Assembly (NCBI GenBank): GCA_963817895.1
Contig: CAWFQB010000005.1
Coordinates: forward strand, 736,001 to 800,000
DNA: 64,000 bases
Source: an uncultured Chthonomonadaceae bacterium
GTDB taxonomy: Bacteria > Armatimonadota > Chthonomonadetes > Chthonomonadales > Chthonomonadaceae
Direction of reading: 5' to 3'
Of this stretch, positions 40,558 through 51,983 are shown in pieces (the stretch's first letter is position 1; each line of letters starts with the position of its first letter). The notes below the pieces were generated by a model. That model saw only the letters and a list, made by a program, of their open reading frames with translations. It was not told where the DNA came from and ran no database searches. The position numbers were made by a program, and so were the translations under genes.

Positions 40558-41108
40558 CGTATCCCTGCTGCGATGTTGAATTGCCTTCGGAATATCGCCA
40601 GTGTTCCGAAGGCAACGAGAATCAGGGCGCAATCGCCAGTTGCGCCCAAACGGAAACAAACGGCTATGGCGCGATGATCGTAGCCGGCGTTTCCGTCTGC
40701 GCAGTCGCTGTTGCTGTCAGCACGGTTTGGATCGTTTCCACAACGACCTCATGCGTGGGCGTCAGGTGTTGGGGATTCGAATTTCTGCCTCTTCCCTCTT
40801 CCTTTTTCCCTCTTCCCTTTGTTCTGCCTGAAGCGCGTTTTGCAGGGCGGCGAGGAAGGATTCAAAGCCTGTTCCGCGCTTTGAACAAATATCTGCGCGA
40901 CAAAACAGCGCCTTAACATAGTCAAATATTGTAATGTGCTATTATGCGCCTAACGCGCAAACCTCACGCGCCGAAGTTAGATTTCAACTTACGCAACATA
41001 ATGTAAGCCACTTGCGACACGTACCCCGTTCAAGTGGCTTGCTGCTGCCTTCATCCAATGCCATTGTACAGCAGGCAATTCCATTCAATCGCGTTTGCTC
41101 AATCCCGC

Positions 41109-41137
41109 TTGATTTTTCATAGTAAATTGGCTATAAT
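41109..41137 (+). promoter_or_regulatory. Sigma-70 promoter of the TA locus
   Basis: TTGATT-N17-TATAAT followed by AAGGAG RBS. Confidence 0.65.
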
Positions 41138-41159
41138 TCTAAAGGAGACAGACGCCATT

Positions 41160-41368
41160 ATGGATTTAACGCCGCCAAAACGTCCCGTTCATATGTCCAT
41201 TATGTCTTCATGAAGAAAAGTCGCTCAAGAATAAGCACCTCACAGAACGATATTGAGAAAATCAATGCGCGGCTTCGCGATGCCGAAGAACACTATCAGG
41301 AAACGTATGGCGCTGCTGCACAACAGGAGGAAGAGAGTGGAACCAAAAGTACACGTAGGAAGCGGTAA
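41160..41368 (+). pseudogene. Internally deleted RelE/Gp49-like toxin
   Basis: N-terminal MDLTPPKRPV is joined out of frame to C-terminal YVHYVFMKKSRSRISTSQNDIEKINARLRDAEEHY (cf. VLHAFQKKS..GI.T...I..RL..AE). The core is missing. Confidence 0.65.
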
Positions 41369-41657
41369 CGTTTTTGCCGACCTCGATTTGTCTCAGCCCA
41401 AAGACCGTCAGGCGAAGGCGATGATCGCTATCCATATCGAACGGCTGATAGAGGAAGCGGGATGGACGCAAACCGAGGCCGCGCAGCACATGGGTTTATC
41501 GCAGTCCGATGTCAGTAACATCGTAAAAGGACGCCTGAGCGGGTTTTCGTTAGACCGTCTCTTCCAGTGTCTGGACAATCTCGGTCAGGAAATCGAAATC
41601 AACATCACTCCTCGCGCTTCAAGCGCCTCGCAAGAGAAAACGCTGGTTCACTGGTAA
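41337..41657 (+). CDS. XRE/HTH_37 antitoxin-like regulator
   Basis: GTG start after AGGAGG; GSGNVFADL, WTQTEAA..MGLSQSDVSNI..G.LSGFSLDRL. Confidence 0.85.
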   Translation: MEPKVHVGSGNVFADLDLSQPKDRQAKAMIAIHIERLIEEAGWTQTEAAQHMGLSQSDVSNIVKGRLSGFSLDRLFQCLDNLGQEIEINITPRASSASQEKTLVHW

Positions 41658-41923
41658 CGTGTTGTGAGAGGCGCATGAACGTCACTCCCGACAGAATTTC
41701 TGCATCAGTCTGTTGTCAGCGTAGCGCCTCCTCCTAATTTGTTCCACTCCTTTGCAATTTGATACGTATTGTGCAAGTTCGCGCCAGCAATCAACCAATT
41801 CGGGAAGGTAGCAAGCACTGTGGGGTTTACTTTGCGTTTGCCCCTGTAAAATCTTGGGGGGTCACTATTGGTAGCCTGTCTGCTTTATTCACTCTGAAAA
41901 CGAAACTTTGCAAATTGGTTAAA

Positions 41924-41960
41924 GTTGCCGCCGCGCTTCTAGTAGAAGCGCGGCGGCAAC
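41924..41960. repeat. Perfect 18-bp-arm palindrome
   Basis: gttgccgccgcgcttcta-g-tagaagcgcggcggcaac. Confidence 0.8.
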
Positions 41961-42191
41961 CCTTGTGCAGTTCCCAACATATAAAACGTCGGTTATTAGG
42001 CCTACGGCCAACCGTCCTGCGGATAAAATACCCTGCGCCTATTTCCGCGGTAGTGTACTAGAGTTTGAACACGAAGCTTGGCACTTAGTTGAGGCAGTCA
42101 GCTATGAAGCGAGAACGCCCCTAGCCACAATGCGGACGTAGACGTATTTGCCCATTTCTGGTGATCACAAGCGCTACCCATTCAGAGTACG

Positions 42192-42611
42192 CTACCCGCG
42201 CCACCAAGAACGCTTATCGGGAGGTCTATCAGATGAAGAGTGCTGTTGAATCAACTGCTGGTATTCTTCCACCTTTGCCGTAAACTCTGCGAGTAGATGG
42301 CTTATCGCTGTGTTAAAATCCGTAACGTTGATGTTCTGAGCAGACTGAGAGAACTCATCAACATCAGAAGGGTTTGGCTCGTGGAGCATTTGCATCACTC
42401 CATCAAATTGTCCGTAGATGCGTGACATAGCTATAAAGTTCATGATTGAATGATAGGCGAATTCACTTCCAGGACCGGGAGAGAAAGAGGCTACAAATGT
42501 CCTCACCTGTTGTTCAGCACCACGAAAGAAGTCTACTTCTCCCGCAAACAAGGACTGGATAACTTCCTTAGTCTGACGCATTTCTTCATCACTCATGATC
42601 TTCTCCTTCAT
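42192..42611 (-). CDS. Hypothetical protein (AT-richer than its flanks)
   Basis: 139-aa ORF; AAGGAG RBS before MSDEE; no recognised motif. Confidence 0.5.
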   Translation of the reverse strand: MKEKIMSDEEMRQTKEVIQSLFAGEVDFFRGAEQQVRTFVASFSPGPGSEFAYHSIMNFIAMSRIYGQFDGVMQMLHEPNPSDVDEFSQSAQNINVTDFNTAISHLLAEFTAKVEEYQQLIQQHSSSDRPPDKRSWWRG

Positions 42612-42680
42612 TCATCCTCAAACAGCATGAGGTAAGTCCCTAACCTCGAAACTACAAATTCCTCCGGCATATCTTCGCGG

Positions 42681-45474
42681 CTAACGCTTCGCCTGCATCA
42701 GGCTCATCCAGACGGAGAGGGTTGCGTTTTCCGGGGTGAGTTCGCGGGCCTGACGCAGGGCTTCCAGGGCGCGGGCATTGTCTTTGCTGCGGTAGAAGGC
42801 CAGCCCCTCCTGCGCCAGTTCTTCTGCATAATCGTAGGCGTCGCTGTACCCGATCAGCGTTTGCCGCAGCACCTCCTCCATGGTATGCGCGAAGATGATG
42901 CGCCGATGCGCCATCTGTTCCGGGCGCTGATAGTACAGCGCGGCCAGATCGGACTCGGATAGGCTGCCCGCCGGTAAAATAACTGTCCGAACGGTCGGGT
43001 CGTTGAACACGGCGTCCAGTTTCTGTACCAGTCCGCCAACGGGTTCCACCTGCCCGTTCGCGCCCAACACGCCCGTGACCACAACCGAACGGTCTACGGG
43101 CATTTGCAGACACGCGGATACCAGCGCGACCGCGTCCGCCACGCCCGATGATTTGCCCCGCGTTCGCGCCTCCTCGTCCGGATAGCGCAGCAATGCGTCG
43201 GTATGCGCCCAATCCAATCCCTGCCCCGCCTGCGCCGTCTTTTCCCGCGCATAGTCGAACGCCCGTTTCGCCGCGCTTTGCGTATCCCGTTCCGCTTTGG
43301 CCTCAAACGTAAACTTGCCGTCACCCGGATGAATACTCGCTTCAATCGGAATAATGTGGCCTATCACGGGCATTTTGCCGAGATAGATTACGGCAACTCC
43401 CCGCGCTATGCCGATTGCGCCGTCACGCGGGGCGGGCTTGTCGTCCACCGCGCCCAAAATCGGATGGCGCAGGGCGGTTGTCACGCGCCTGCCGCTTTGG
43501 GGGGACGCCGTTTTGAACTTCCGCTGTAACTGCGCGTCCTCCTGCGCCCGTTTTGCGGCCCACGCCACATTCTTAACTTCCATACGCCCTGCCGAACTGA
43601 CGTACAGCGCGTCGTTTTCATCCCGCGTTTCCGCTGTCAGGGTATGCGGACCGGGCGGCAGGTTGGTTACATCGCAAACGGCTGTATCGAACGGCGCATG
43701 AGTTTGCGTTGCCACCGCCGCGCCGTCAATCAGGAATGTCACCTGCGTTGGGGCCAGTCCGGGCGCGAGGGTTGCCTTCAGCGGCAGCGTATGCGCGGTT
43801 TTTGTGACTACAACCAACGCGGGGGGCGGCTGAACCCGAACCCTCGTCGGTATCGTCACCTGAACCGGCAGCGATCTGAAGGATACGCCCTCGCTGTCTG
43901 TGCCAACCACCCACAGCGCGTGATTGCCGGGCTGGCGGCTGCGCGGGTCGAAGAGCGCGGTTTGCAAATCGGCAGGGTCAGACTGTAACGGGTGTCCATC
44001 CACAAAATACAGAAGGGATTGCGGCGTAAACCCCGGACTGATTTGCGCCCGCAACGTGACCGGCGCAAACAAATTCACGCTCTCATCCAGAGGCTGTAAC
44101 TGTAGCGGGGCATGTTCAAACACAAGCAGGCGGCTTTGCCCCACCGCTCGCGTTACGCCGCTTGTCAGGTTTTGCCGCACCTTCAGCGTATGCAGGCCGG
44201 GGGGCAGAATTTGTGTGGACACGGGCAGCGCGAACTTGCCCCTGCCGTTAAAGCCCGACTGCCGCTGTCCGTCCACATACGCGGCCACTTCCGTATCATT
44301 GGCCTCCTCGGAAACCCCCGTTAAAACAACATCGGTTCCCGCCGCGACCGACAACCGCTCCGGCAGGCGCGCAATGGCAACGGTCACGCGCTTGCGAGCC
44401 AGCAACGCGCTCTCCACAGTGGCATAAACCGCGCTGTCTTCCTCCCCGGTCGCAACCCGCATCCCGACAAACGGCTCTTCCGTAGACACCCGCCTGCCCG
44501 GACGGCGATAAACGGCGAATTTCAGCGGCGCGGAAACCGTATGCGTCCCCATCTCGTTTTCCACATCCACAACCAGCGTATGCGCCCCGCTTGCCAGACT
44601 GTTCGGGTTCCACGTGGCCTGTGTAAACGGGGATTCGCGTCGTTCGGCAATGGTTTTGCCGTCTACCGCATACGTGGCTACGCGGGGATGAAGGGAAGCG
44701 TCAATATCGGCGCGAACACTTATTTTGCCGTTCAGCGCGGACATATCCAGATTCTCGCCAGCAGCAAACGGCAGAACGCGCAGTTTCGGGATGACGGTAA
44801 CGGGAATGGAATCCAGCGTGTACAAACTGCCATCCGTCAGGCGGGCGACGCCGCCCAACAGATGGGTTCCCCGCGCAATGGCGCTCGGATTCCACCAGAC
44901 GTCCGCGTCGCGGTTGGCAAACAGTCCCAGCGGCTTGCCATCCAGCGTATAGCCGATTCGATCTACGCGATCCTCGCCGGTCGGTTCGATATGCAGGCTG
45001 ACGGGTTCGGTCACGCGGGCATCCGGCGCGGGGCTGGCGATACGGAACGGAGCCGCATTGACAATACGCAGTTTGGTTTGCGCCCGCATCCGCCACTCGC
45101 CGTTTACCTGCTGCAAACACGGCTAAAATGCAAACCGTAAAATGTTCCGTTTGCGTGTCATAGCGCAGTTGCCATTTGTCCTGAAAGGTCTTGCGGGAAC
45201 GGGGTTCATTCCCCGCCCGGATAGCAAATGTCTGCGGTTCGCCCGTACGCGGTCCGATGCCCTCAAAGCGCAGGCTGTCTCCCCGCTTGAGAACGAGGGA
45301 CGGCGGCAGGGTTTCAAACGTGTAGGTAAACACGCGCGGTTCCTGTCCCTGCGCATTTGCGGCTGATGTGGCAAGCAGTCCGATCCATAGCCCGCACATT
45401 CCTGCCAGCGCGTACAGCAAAGGATAAGTCCGATACAAATGAAAATGAGAAAAGAGCTTCTTACAGTTTTTCAA
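42681..45474 (-). CDS. Secreted Ig-like-repeat protein with C-terminal Lon (S16) protease domain and TPR-like tail (frameshift near 45120)
   Basis: Signal peptide (..LLATSAANAQ); repeated F.VDG....P...W/D....G.HTL Ig units; RGKSSGVA (GPSAG-like Ser), VVTG.L...G.V.PVGGL.QK (Lys) and VILPAG. Confidence 0.75.
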
Positions 45475-45495
45475 GACCTACTCCTCACAACAGCT

Positions 45496-45528
45496 TATGT
45501 CCCTACGCCGCAGGCCATAGAGACAGGT
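45496..45528. repeat. Fragment of the REPIN family (right arm)
   Basis: ttatgtccctacgccgcaggccatagagacagg matches 56797-56830. Confidence 0.65.
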
Positions 45529-45930
45529 CAGGCAATGTCCGGCAAAAGGTATCCGGTACATAAACAGAAGAAAAACAAACAAGAAAAGCGCGACTGAGCC
45601 GACAAAATAAACAGGCTTACCGGTAATATTCGGCAGATAGCAAGGCGCTCCTGCCCTGCGCGAACAATTTTGTATATATTTTATCCGTTCCCTGCCAACA
45701 CAGAAATATATTTGCCGACAGCCGCGCCATTTGGTACAATATATCAGACGACAGACAGGCCCAATTAAGCCAAATACTGAAACTTGTTGCCAGTCTCTAC
45801 CGTCTGATGGTTGATGTTGCAAGCCATTCAGGAGCGTATGGAAGCAACCCTTCTATCGCGTATCCGAAGCGCGGGCAGGCCATCGAAACACCTTACAATC
45901 TAAGCCGCTGAATTTTCAGGGGAAACAACC

Positions 45931-46419
45931 ATGTTAAACATTATGCTGCGTTTGTTTGGGGAACGCGCCCTGCACAAAGCCATTAACACCAAAGCGGGCC
46001 GCAGTCCATTAGACATCAAGTTCGGCTTCGCGCTGCTGCGGGACAAGCGCGTTTCCTTCAAATCGAAGTTGCTGTCACTCGCCTTCGGTGTCGGAATGCT
46101 GGCGTTGCTGCTGATGCTGCAAATCCCACTGGAAGCGATTGCGACGTTTCTGGCTCCGGTGCTGTTGCCGCTCGACTTTCTGATTGACGGTCTGGAATTG
46201 GTCGCCCTGCCCGTGCTGTTTACGGCGATCTCCATTGCGCATATCGCGCCCCGCGCCACTGTGGACGCGCTTTACGCGGAACGTCTGGACGCCCAACCCG
46301 GTAACAACATGGGCAATGTAATTGACGTGGAAAGCTACGCGCCCACTATAACGACGCCTGTTGCTCCCGTTGTGTCGCCTTCGCCGCAGGTGCTATACGC
46401 CGGTTCGCGCCGTTCCTGA
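45931..46419 (+). CDS. Small membrane protein, DUF1232/YkvA-like
   Basis: ALLRDKRVS..SKLL followed by hydrophobic helices. Confidence 0.55.
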   Translation: MLNIMLRLFGERALHKAINTKAGRSPLDIKFGFALLRDKRVSFKSKLLSLAFGVGMLALLLMLQIPLEAIATFLAPVLLPLDFLIDGLELVALPVLFTAISIAHIAPRATVDALYAERLDAQPGNNMGNVIDVESYAPTITTPVAPVVSPSPQVLYAGSRRS

Positions 46420-46671
46420 TGTGGCGTGTATGACGTTGAAACCATCCAAAGGCCGCGAAAGAAGCACATTCTTTCGCGGCATTTTTACATGCTCTCTGCA
46501 TTTAGCGCGTCGGGTTGAAACCCGGCGAATCTGATGGACGCTGTTAATTCTGCCTTCTTGACTTTCCGCCCCTCCGCAACCTATACTATAAGAGAAAAAT
46601 GTATGGGATCAGGAGTACCCAACACCGACTACCGAATACCCAACACCAAATATATGAGGAGCCTTTTCGCC

Positions 46672-48132
46672 ATGCCGCCCATAGATATGCTGGAACCCCA
46701 AACTGCCGGAACAACTTCGCTGCAAGACCTTCTTGAAGATGATGCGCCGTTTGTATCCGCCGCTTCCAATTTCGACAAACTGCGCCAGATTGACCCCGAA
46801 GTGTACAATCTTACCGTTGCGGAAACGCGCCGACAGACCGAATACATCCGCCTGATTCCCTCCGAAAACTACACGTCTTCCGCCGTGCTGCAAGCGATGG
46901 CGACCGTGTTTGCCAACAAATATTCGGAAGGCTACCCCGGCAAGCGCTATTATGAGGGGAACGAACTGGTTGATGAAATCGAGGATTTGGCGCGGAACCG
47001 CGCAAAGAAACTGTTTGGGGCCGACCATGCCAATGTGCAGCCGTACAGCGGTTCGCCCGCCAACCTTGCCGCGTGTTTCGCGCTGATGAAACCCGGCGAC
47101 AAAATCATGGGCATGCACCTGCAAAGCGGCGGGCATTTGACGCACGGCTACAATTTGAACTTCAGCGGCACGTACTACCAGTCCGTCGCGTATGGCTACC
47201 ATGTCGAGCAGGGCGTCACGGGCATGGACCCGAACACGCAAATGCTGGATTACGACGAACTGATGGCGATTGCCAAACGGGAACGACCCAATGTGATCTT
47301 CGCGGGCGGAACCGCCTATCCGCGAACATGGGATTTTGCCCGCTTCCGTGAAATCGCCGATGCCGTTGACGCCTATCTGATTGCCGACATTGCGCACATC
47401 AACGCCCTGATTGTCGGCGGCGTCCATCCCGATCCGGTTCCCTACGCGGATGTGGTCACGTCCACCAGTCACAAGGCCATTCGCGGGCCACGCGGCGGCT
47501 TTATCCTGTGCAAAAACCGCACGATGAAGGACGATGCTGCGCAATCCCTGCCTGACCGCATTGACAAAGCCATCATTCCGGCCCTGCAGGGCGGGCCGCA
47601 CAACAACACCATCGCCGCGCTTGCCGTGTGCTTTAAGGAGGCGGCCACGCAGGAGTTCCGGCAGTACGCCGCGCAAATCGTCAGCAACGCCAAAGCCCTT
47701 GCGCAGGGACTATTGCAGCATGGCTTCGATCTCGTCACGGGCGGCACGGACAACCATCTCATTCTCGTGGACGTGATGAAGTCCCGCCACATTCCCGGCA
47801 AGCCATATGCCCGCGCTTTGTACGAGGCCGGATTGGAAACCAACTTCAACGCGGTTCCCAACGATCCGCGCAAACCATTTTCCCCGTCCGGCCTGCGTAT
47901 CGGAACCCCCGCCATTACCACGCGCGGCTTTAAAGAAGCGCAAATGCTTCAAATCGCCGACTGGATGGATCGCGTCGCCACCGCCCACACGCCCACCGGC
48001 AGCTTTGTGGCAGGCAAAGAAAAAGGCGGTAAAGAATACCGCTTCGATGAGGCCGTTCTACAACAAATCCGGGGTGAAGTGCGCGACCTGTGCGCCAGCG
48101 GAGCCTTCCCCGTCCCCGGTATTGATGAATAG
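46672..48132 (+). CDS. glyA: Serine hydroxymethyltransferase
   Basis: LIPSENY, KYSEGYPGKRYY, NVQPYSGS, GGHLTHG, TSTSHKAIRGPRGG and SGLRIGTPA. Confidence 0.96.
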   Translation: MPPIDMLEPQTAGTTSLQDLLEDDAPFVSAASNFDKLRQIDPEVYNLTVAETRRQTEYIRLIPSENYTSSAVLQAMATVFANKYSEGYPGKRYYEGNELVDEIEDLARNRAKKLFGADHANVQPYSGSPANLAACFALMKPGDKIMGMHLQSGGHLTHGYNLNFSGTYYQSVAYGYHVEQGVTGMDPNTQMLDYDELMAIAKRERPNVIFAGGTAYPRTWDFARFREIADAVDAYLIADIAHINALIVGGVHPDPVPYADVVTSTSHKAIRGPRGGFILCKNRTMKDDAAQSLPDRIDKAIIPALQGGPHNNTIAALAVCFKEAATQEFRQYAAQIVSNAKALAQGLLQHGFDLVTGGTDNHLILVDVMKSRHIPGKPYARALYEAGLETNFNAVPNDPRKPFSPSGLRIGTPAITTRGFKEAQMLQIADWMDRVATAHTPTGSFVAGKEKGGKEYRFDEAVLQQIRGEVRDLCASGAFPVPGIDE

Positions 48133-48298
48133 AAAAGGAGAAAAGGAGAAAAGGAGAGGGAAACCGCGAAAGACACGAAACAAACGAAAAAGAACTGCAA
48201 GGGATACTGGCAAAAAGTATTTGCTTCCTTTCCTCCTGTTTTCGTGTATTTAGCGTGTTTCGCGGTTCTTATCTCTCCTCTTCTCCTTTTCTCCTTTT

Positions 48299-48613
48299 CT
48301 ATCTCTGATCCGCCGGGTCACCCATCGGGTCTTCGCTGGCGGGGCGCACGTTGCGGAACTGGCCGGCCTGCTGGTCGGCGGGATCGCCCATCGGGTCTTC
48401 GCTGGCAGGGCGGACATTCGGGAAATTGCCCGCTTCGTTGGGGACGCCGCCATACGGGTCCATGCCCGAAGGCGCGGCCTGCGCCTGCTGATGCTGACTG
48501 AACAAACCTTCGATTTGTCCGATAAGTCCATGCGTATCGCCCTGCTGGTACGAGGTATTGCTGTCATTGAAAACCGCGTTCTTCACCTGCTGCATCAAAA
48601 AATCCAACCCCAT
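48299..48613 (-). CDS. Small hypothetical protein with duplicated NVRPASEDPMGDPADQ motif
   Basis: AAGGAG RBS; two exact 16-aa repeats. Confidence 0.7.
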   Translation of the reverse strand: MGLDFLMQQVKNAVFNDSNTSYQQGDTHGLIGQIEGLFSQHQQAQAAPSGMDPYGGVPNEAGNFPNVRPASEDPMGDPADQQAGQFRNVRPASEDPMGDPADQR

Positions 48614-48657
48614 TTGTTTAACTCTCCTTCTTGCAATCCGTGTGCCGTAGCGCCGAA

Positions 48658-49170
48658 CTACTGCGGTTCGGAACCCGTATCTTTGGCGGCTCCGGCGTAA
48701 TCTTCGCCCGTCTGACTGTTGTTATAGCCCTTGTAGCGCTGTAAATCCTGCGCTTCGTCGTCGGAAACTTCCTGCGGCGGAACGTCACCCAATGAACCTG
48801 ATGCGTTTTAGGGTCGCGATAGTAGATACGGCCGTTTTTGGACTGGTAATACTGCACATCCTGACCCTGCGCCATCTCCTTGGCTTTTTCGTGATGCTTG
48901 TAGAGGTAGTACAGCAGCGCCGCGCCCGCAAGCACAATAACTACTTTCTTACCCGTGGACATGCCTTTTTTGGCGGGCTGCATTGGCGTGGGAGGCGCGG
49001 GACGTCGCCATGCGGCCCCGCGAATCATCTACGGGCGGCGGAATGTTCGCGTTTCCTCCACCCCCGCCCTTGCCGCCACACCCCACAAAGCAGACCGGAA
49101 ACGCCAGCGAAGCCGCCACGAGCAGAGCGGTGGGGCGAAACGCGCGTTTTCTTTCCAGCAACGTCATCAT
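48658..49170 (-). CDS. Putative lipoprotein (frameshifted)
   Basis: Lipobox-like FVGC; KKVVIVLAGAALLYYLYK and YYQSKNGRIYYRD in successive frames; TAG at 48658-48660. Confidence 0.55.
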
Positions 49171-49419
49171 GAATGTTTTCTCCGCCGCTGCTCCATTCCT
49201 GAAGCGTGATCCAAAGTGTTGTGTCGGCAAAGGATAATCTTTGCAGCGGCTGTAAACTTGCAAAAAGTGAGGCAGCGATCAAAGCCTGTGCCGCTACATA
49301 AGACGCCGCCCGCTTGAAGATGTTCCCGCAAGTAGGGAGTAGGGGGTAGGGAGTGGGAAGTAGGACACTGCACAAGTTGAACAAAGCCTTTTCTACTCCC
49401 TACAACCTACCCCTGCTAC

Positions 49420-51824
49420 CTACCTGTCCAGCGTCGGCAACACCAAATACGACGGATGCGCGTTGTTGTGCAGAATGGTCTGACTGGCAACAGCCATTTT
49501 GGTGGTTGTGCCGTTGTTGTCGCCCGTGTTCAGGTTGCGGTCATAGAGCGGGAAGCAGGACGAACTGGCGAGGACGCGGATTTTATGCCCCTTCTGGAAC
49601 ACGTTGCCCAATGCCCACAGGTCAATGGTGTAATCTGCTGTTTCGTTGGGCGTGAGCAGCACGGGTTTGACGAACCCCTTGCGGAAGCGGGCGCGAATGA
49701 TACCCTGACACAGATTGATCGCTTTGCCGTCCGGCCCGATGTCTTGCAGCATGGCGAACCAGTCCGTGTCTTTCGCGGACGTGGAAGCGGCAAGATGCAG
49801 TTCAATCGGCCCGGCCACAATCACGTCCTTTTGCAGCGCGTCGGTTGTATATGTCAGCGCCTGCGGGTCGCGGTCGCTGCTGCCGCGCGCCGCGCTGACG
49901 GCATCATCGCTCTGTTTGGCGGCGTTTGCCTCGCCACCGGGAATAAAGGGATTGCGCGGGGTCATAGGTGAAACGGTCGGGTTTCTCCGATGCGGACGGT
50001 TTGTTCAGGGACAATTTGCCGTCGCTTTTATCCGCGTTCGCGTGGCCTGCAGAGTGGAAATACCAGCGCGTTTGCGTCGGCCTCTGTCGGGGGCCAGGCG
50101 GTGAACTGCCGCCACTCGTTGCGCCCCATCAGAAACGCCTCGACGGGCTTCTCCTTTTCGATGCCGTTGTCCACGCCCTTGAGCCAGTGGTCGAACCAGC
50201 GCAGATAAAGCGTGTCCAGATCGCGGACGGATTGGGGGCCGAAATCCAGCGGGCCTATTTTGGTACTGGTATTAACGGCATGTGACCAGGGGCCGTACAC
50301 CAGATGCTGATTGGGATGTCCGGCCTCAATCATTGCGGCATAGTTGCGTTTTGTGCCGATGCCGTCGCCGTCGAACCAGCCAGAAATGTGCAGCGCGGGA
50401 ATGTCGGGCATGGTTTTCATGCGAGTGTTGAAATTCACCTGATCCCAGTAAGCGTCATTGGCGGGATGCTTCAGCCACTCCTGAAAAAAGTCTACGTGGT
50501 GTCCCAAAATGGCTTTGTCCACATCGGTCACGGGCAGAGTCTTGAACGGCTTAATACTGGTGAAGGTGGGGATGCTGTTCATGCCCTTGCCGTCCACAAT
50601 CGCCGTCCACCATGTATCAGCCTGCAAAAAGAACGCGCCGAACGCATAAGGAACGTTGAAAAATGGGTCGGGCGGCGACACAATGGGAATCAGGCAGTTG
50701 AGGTGCGGCGGGTTTTCGCGGGCTGCCGCCCACTGCGCAAAGCCGAGGTATGAGCCGCCGATCATGCCTACCTTGCCGCTTGACCACGACTGCGCCGCGC
50801 ACCATTCCACGGAATCATAGCCATCTCGCGCCTCGTTGACAAACGGCTTCCAGCCTCCTTCCGAATCGAACTTGCCGCGAACGTCCTGCGCCACGAACAC
50901 ATAGCCCCGCCTGGCATACGCAGTGGCTTCCAGCGCTTTAGTACGCCCGTAGCACGTCCGCTGCAAAATTACCGGGAACTTGCCGTCACCGTCCGGGCGA
51001 TATACGTCCGCCGTCAATTGCGCGCCGTCGCGCATCGCGATTTTGACAGTCTCTTTTTTCACGCTGTACGTAGGTTTGGAAAGCGTTGGGTCGGAAGAGG
51101 TTTCCGGCTGCATCAACTCCTGATAGCCGTCGCGAACGGCGAACAGTTTCTGCGTCGCCATGCTCAACATCAGGATACGCCCGTTCTCGTCCGTCGCGAG
51201 TTCCATCTCCTGTTCGCCAACGGGCGTGGGGACGGAAACGCCGTAACGCGCGACAGGCACGGTCTTGCCGCTAATCTGACGCGGTTTCGCGCCCAAACTT
51301 GTCAGCGTCAGTTTGGCCTGAATGATGCCCTGCGCGCCAATCGTATTTGCATAGACCACATCGAACGCCTGTGAACCGCCCTTGCTTTTGTCATACGCGG
51401 CGACAACGTTGGCGAGAAGGTGCGGGGCGGCTACGCTCGCGAACGGGTAGAAGTTGACCGGCAGTTTAACGTCTTTCGCTTTGGGCGTAATATCCGTTAC
51501 GAGTTTACCTGCTGTGCCGTTGACTTCCAGCGTAAATTTGCCGCCCGGTTTGGCTTCCGTAGCAATCCTCAGAACCTTCCCCTGCCTGCCCTTCACGCTT
51601 ATGTGGAACGTTTGCGATACCGCGCCCGATTTCGCTTCGGCATCACATTCGGAACCGCCCTCGCTGTCGGTTTTGAAGGTTCCCCTGATGATCTCGTTTT
51701 CCTGAATCGTGACTATATATTTGCCCTCATCGGGCGCGACCTTGTCTGCCGCGCCAACGCCCAAAGGCAGTAAACTCAGAAACAGGGTTGTCAGCGCTCC
51801 CCCCGTCAAATGCGCGTATCGCAT
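49420..51824 (-). CDS. CocE/NonD family serine hydrolase with N-terminal extension (frameshifted near 50000)
   Basis: Signal peptide; MRDG..L.ADVY.P, QDVRG..SEG, GGSYLG nucleophile, GWFD, GPWSH; C-domain SSCFPLYDRNLNTG. Confidence 0.88.
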
Positions 51825-51983
51825 GTGCGTGTGTCCTTCCAAAACTACAGTTTTTGAATGTACCGCAAATCTTTCACGGCCATCCAGCTTGCAAAGGATG
51901 AAGGATGAAGGATGAACTTTATGTCCAACCTCTATTCGCGCGAAAAAGAGAGTGGAACAGGCATTTTCTTCATCCTTCATCCC

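Noticed and set aside
40581..40916. Small ORFs downstream of the PEP-CTERM gene
   Set aside because: No RBS or motif; they cross a heptamer (tcttccc) repeat, and the minus-strand frame lacks a start.
40947..40985. Integron attC site (GCCTAAC...GTTAGAT)
   Set aside because: Too short, poor internal pairing, and no integrase or cassette array.
46534..46671. N-terminal extension of glyA
   Set aside because: It translates a heptamer repeat (PNTDYRIPNT); the RBS supports a start at 46672 or later.
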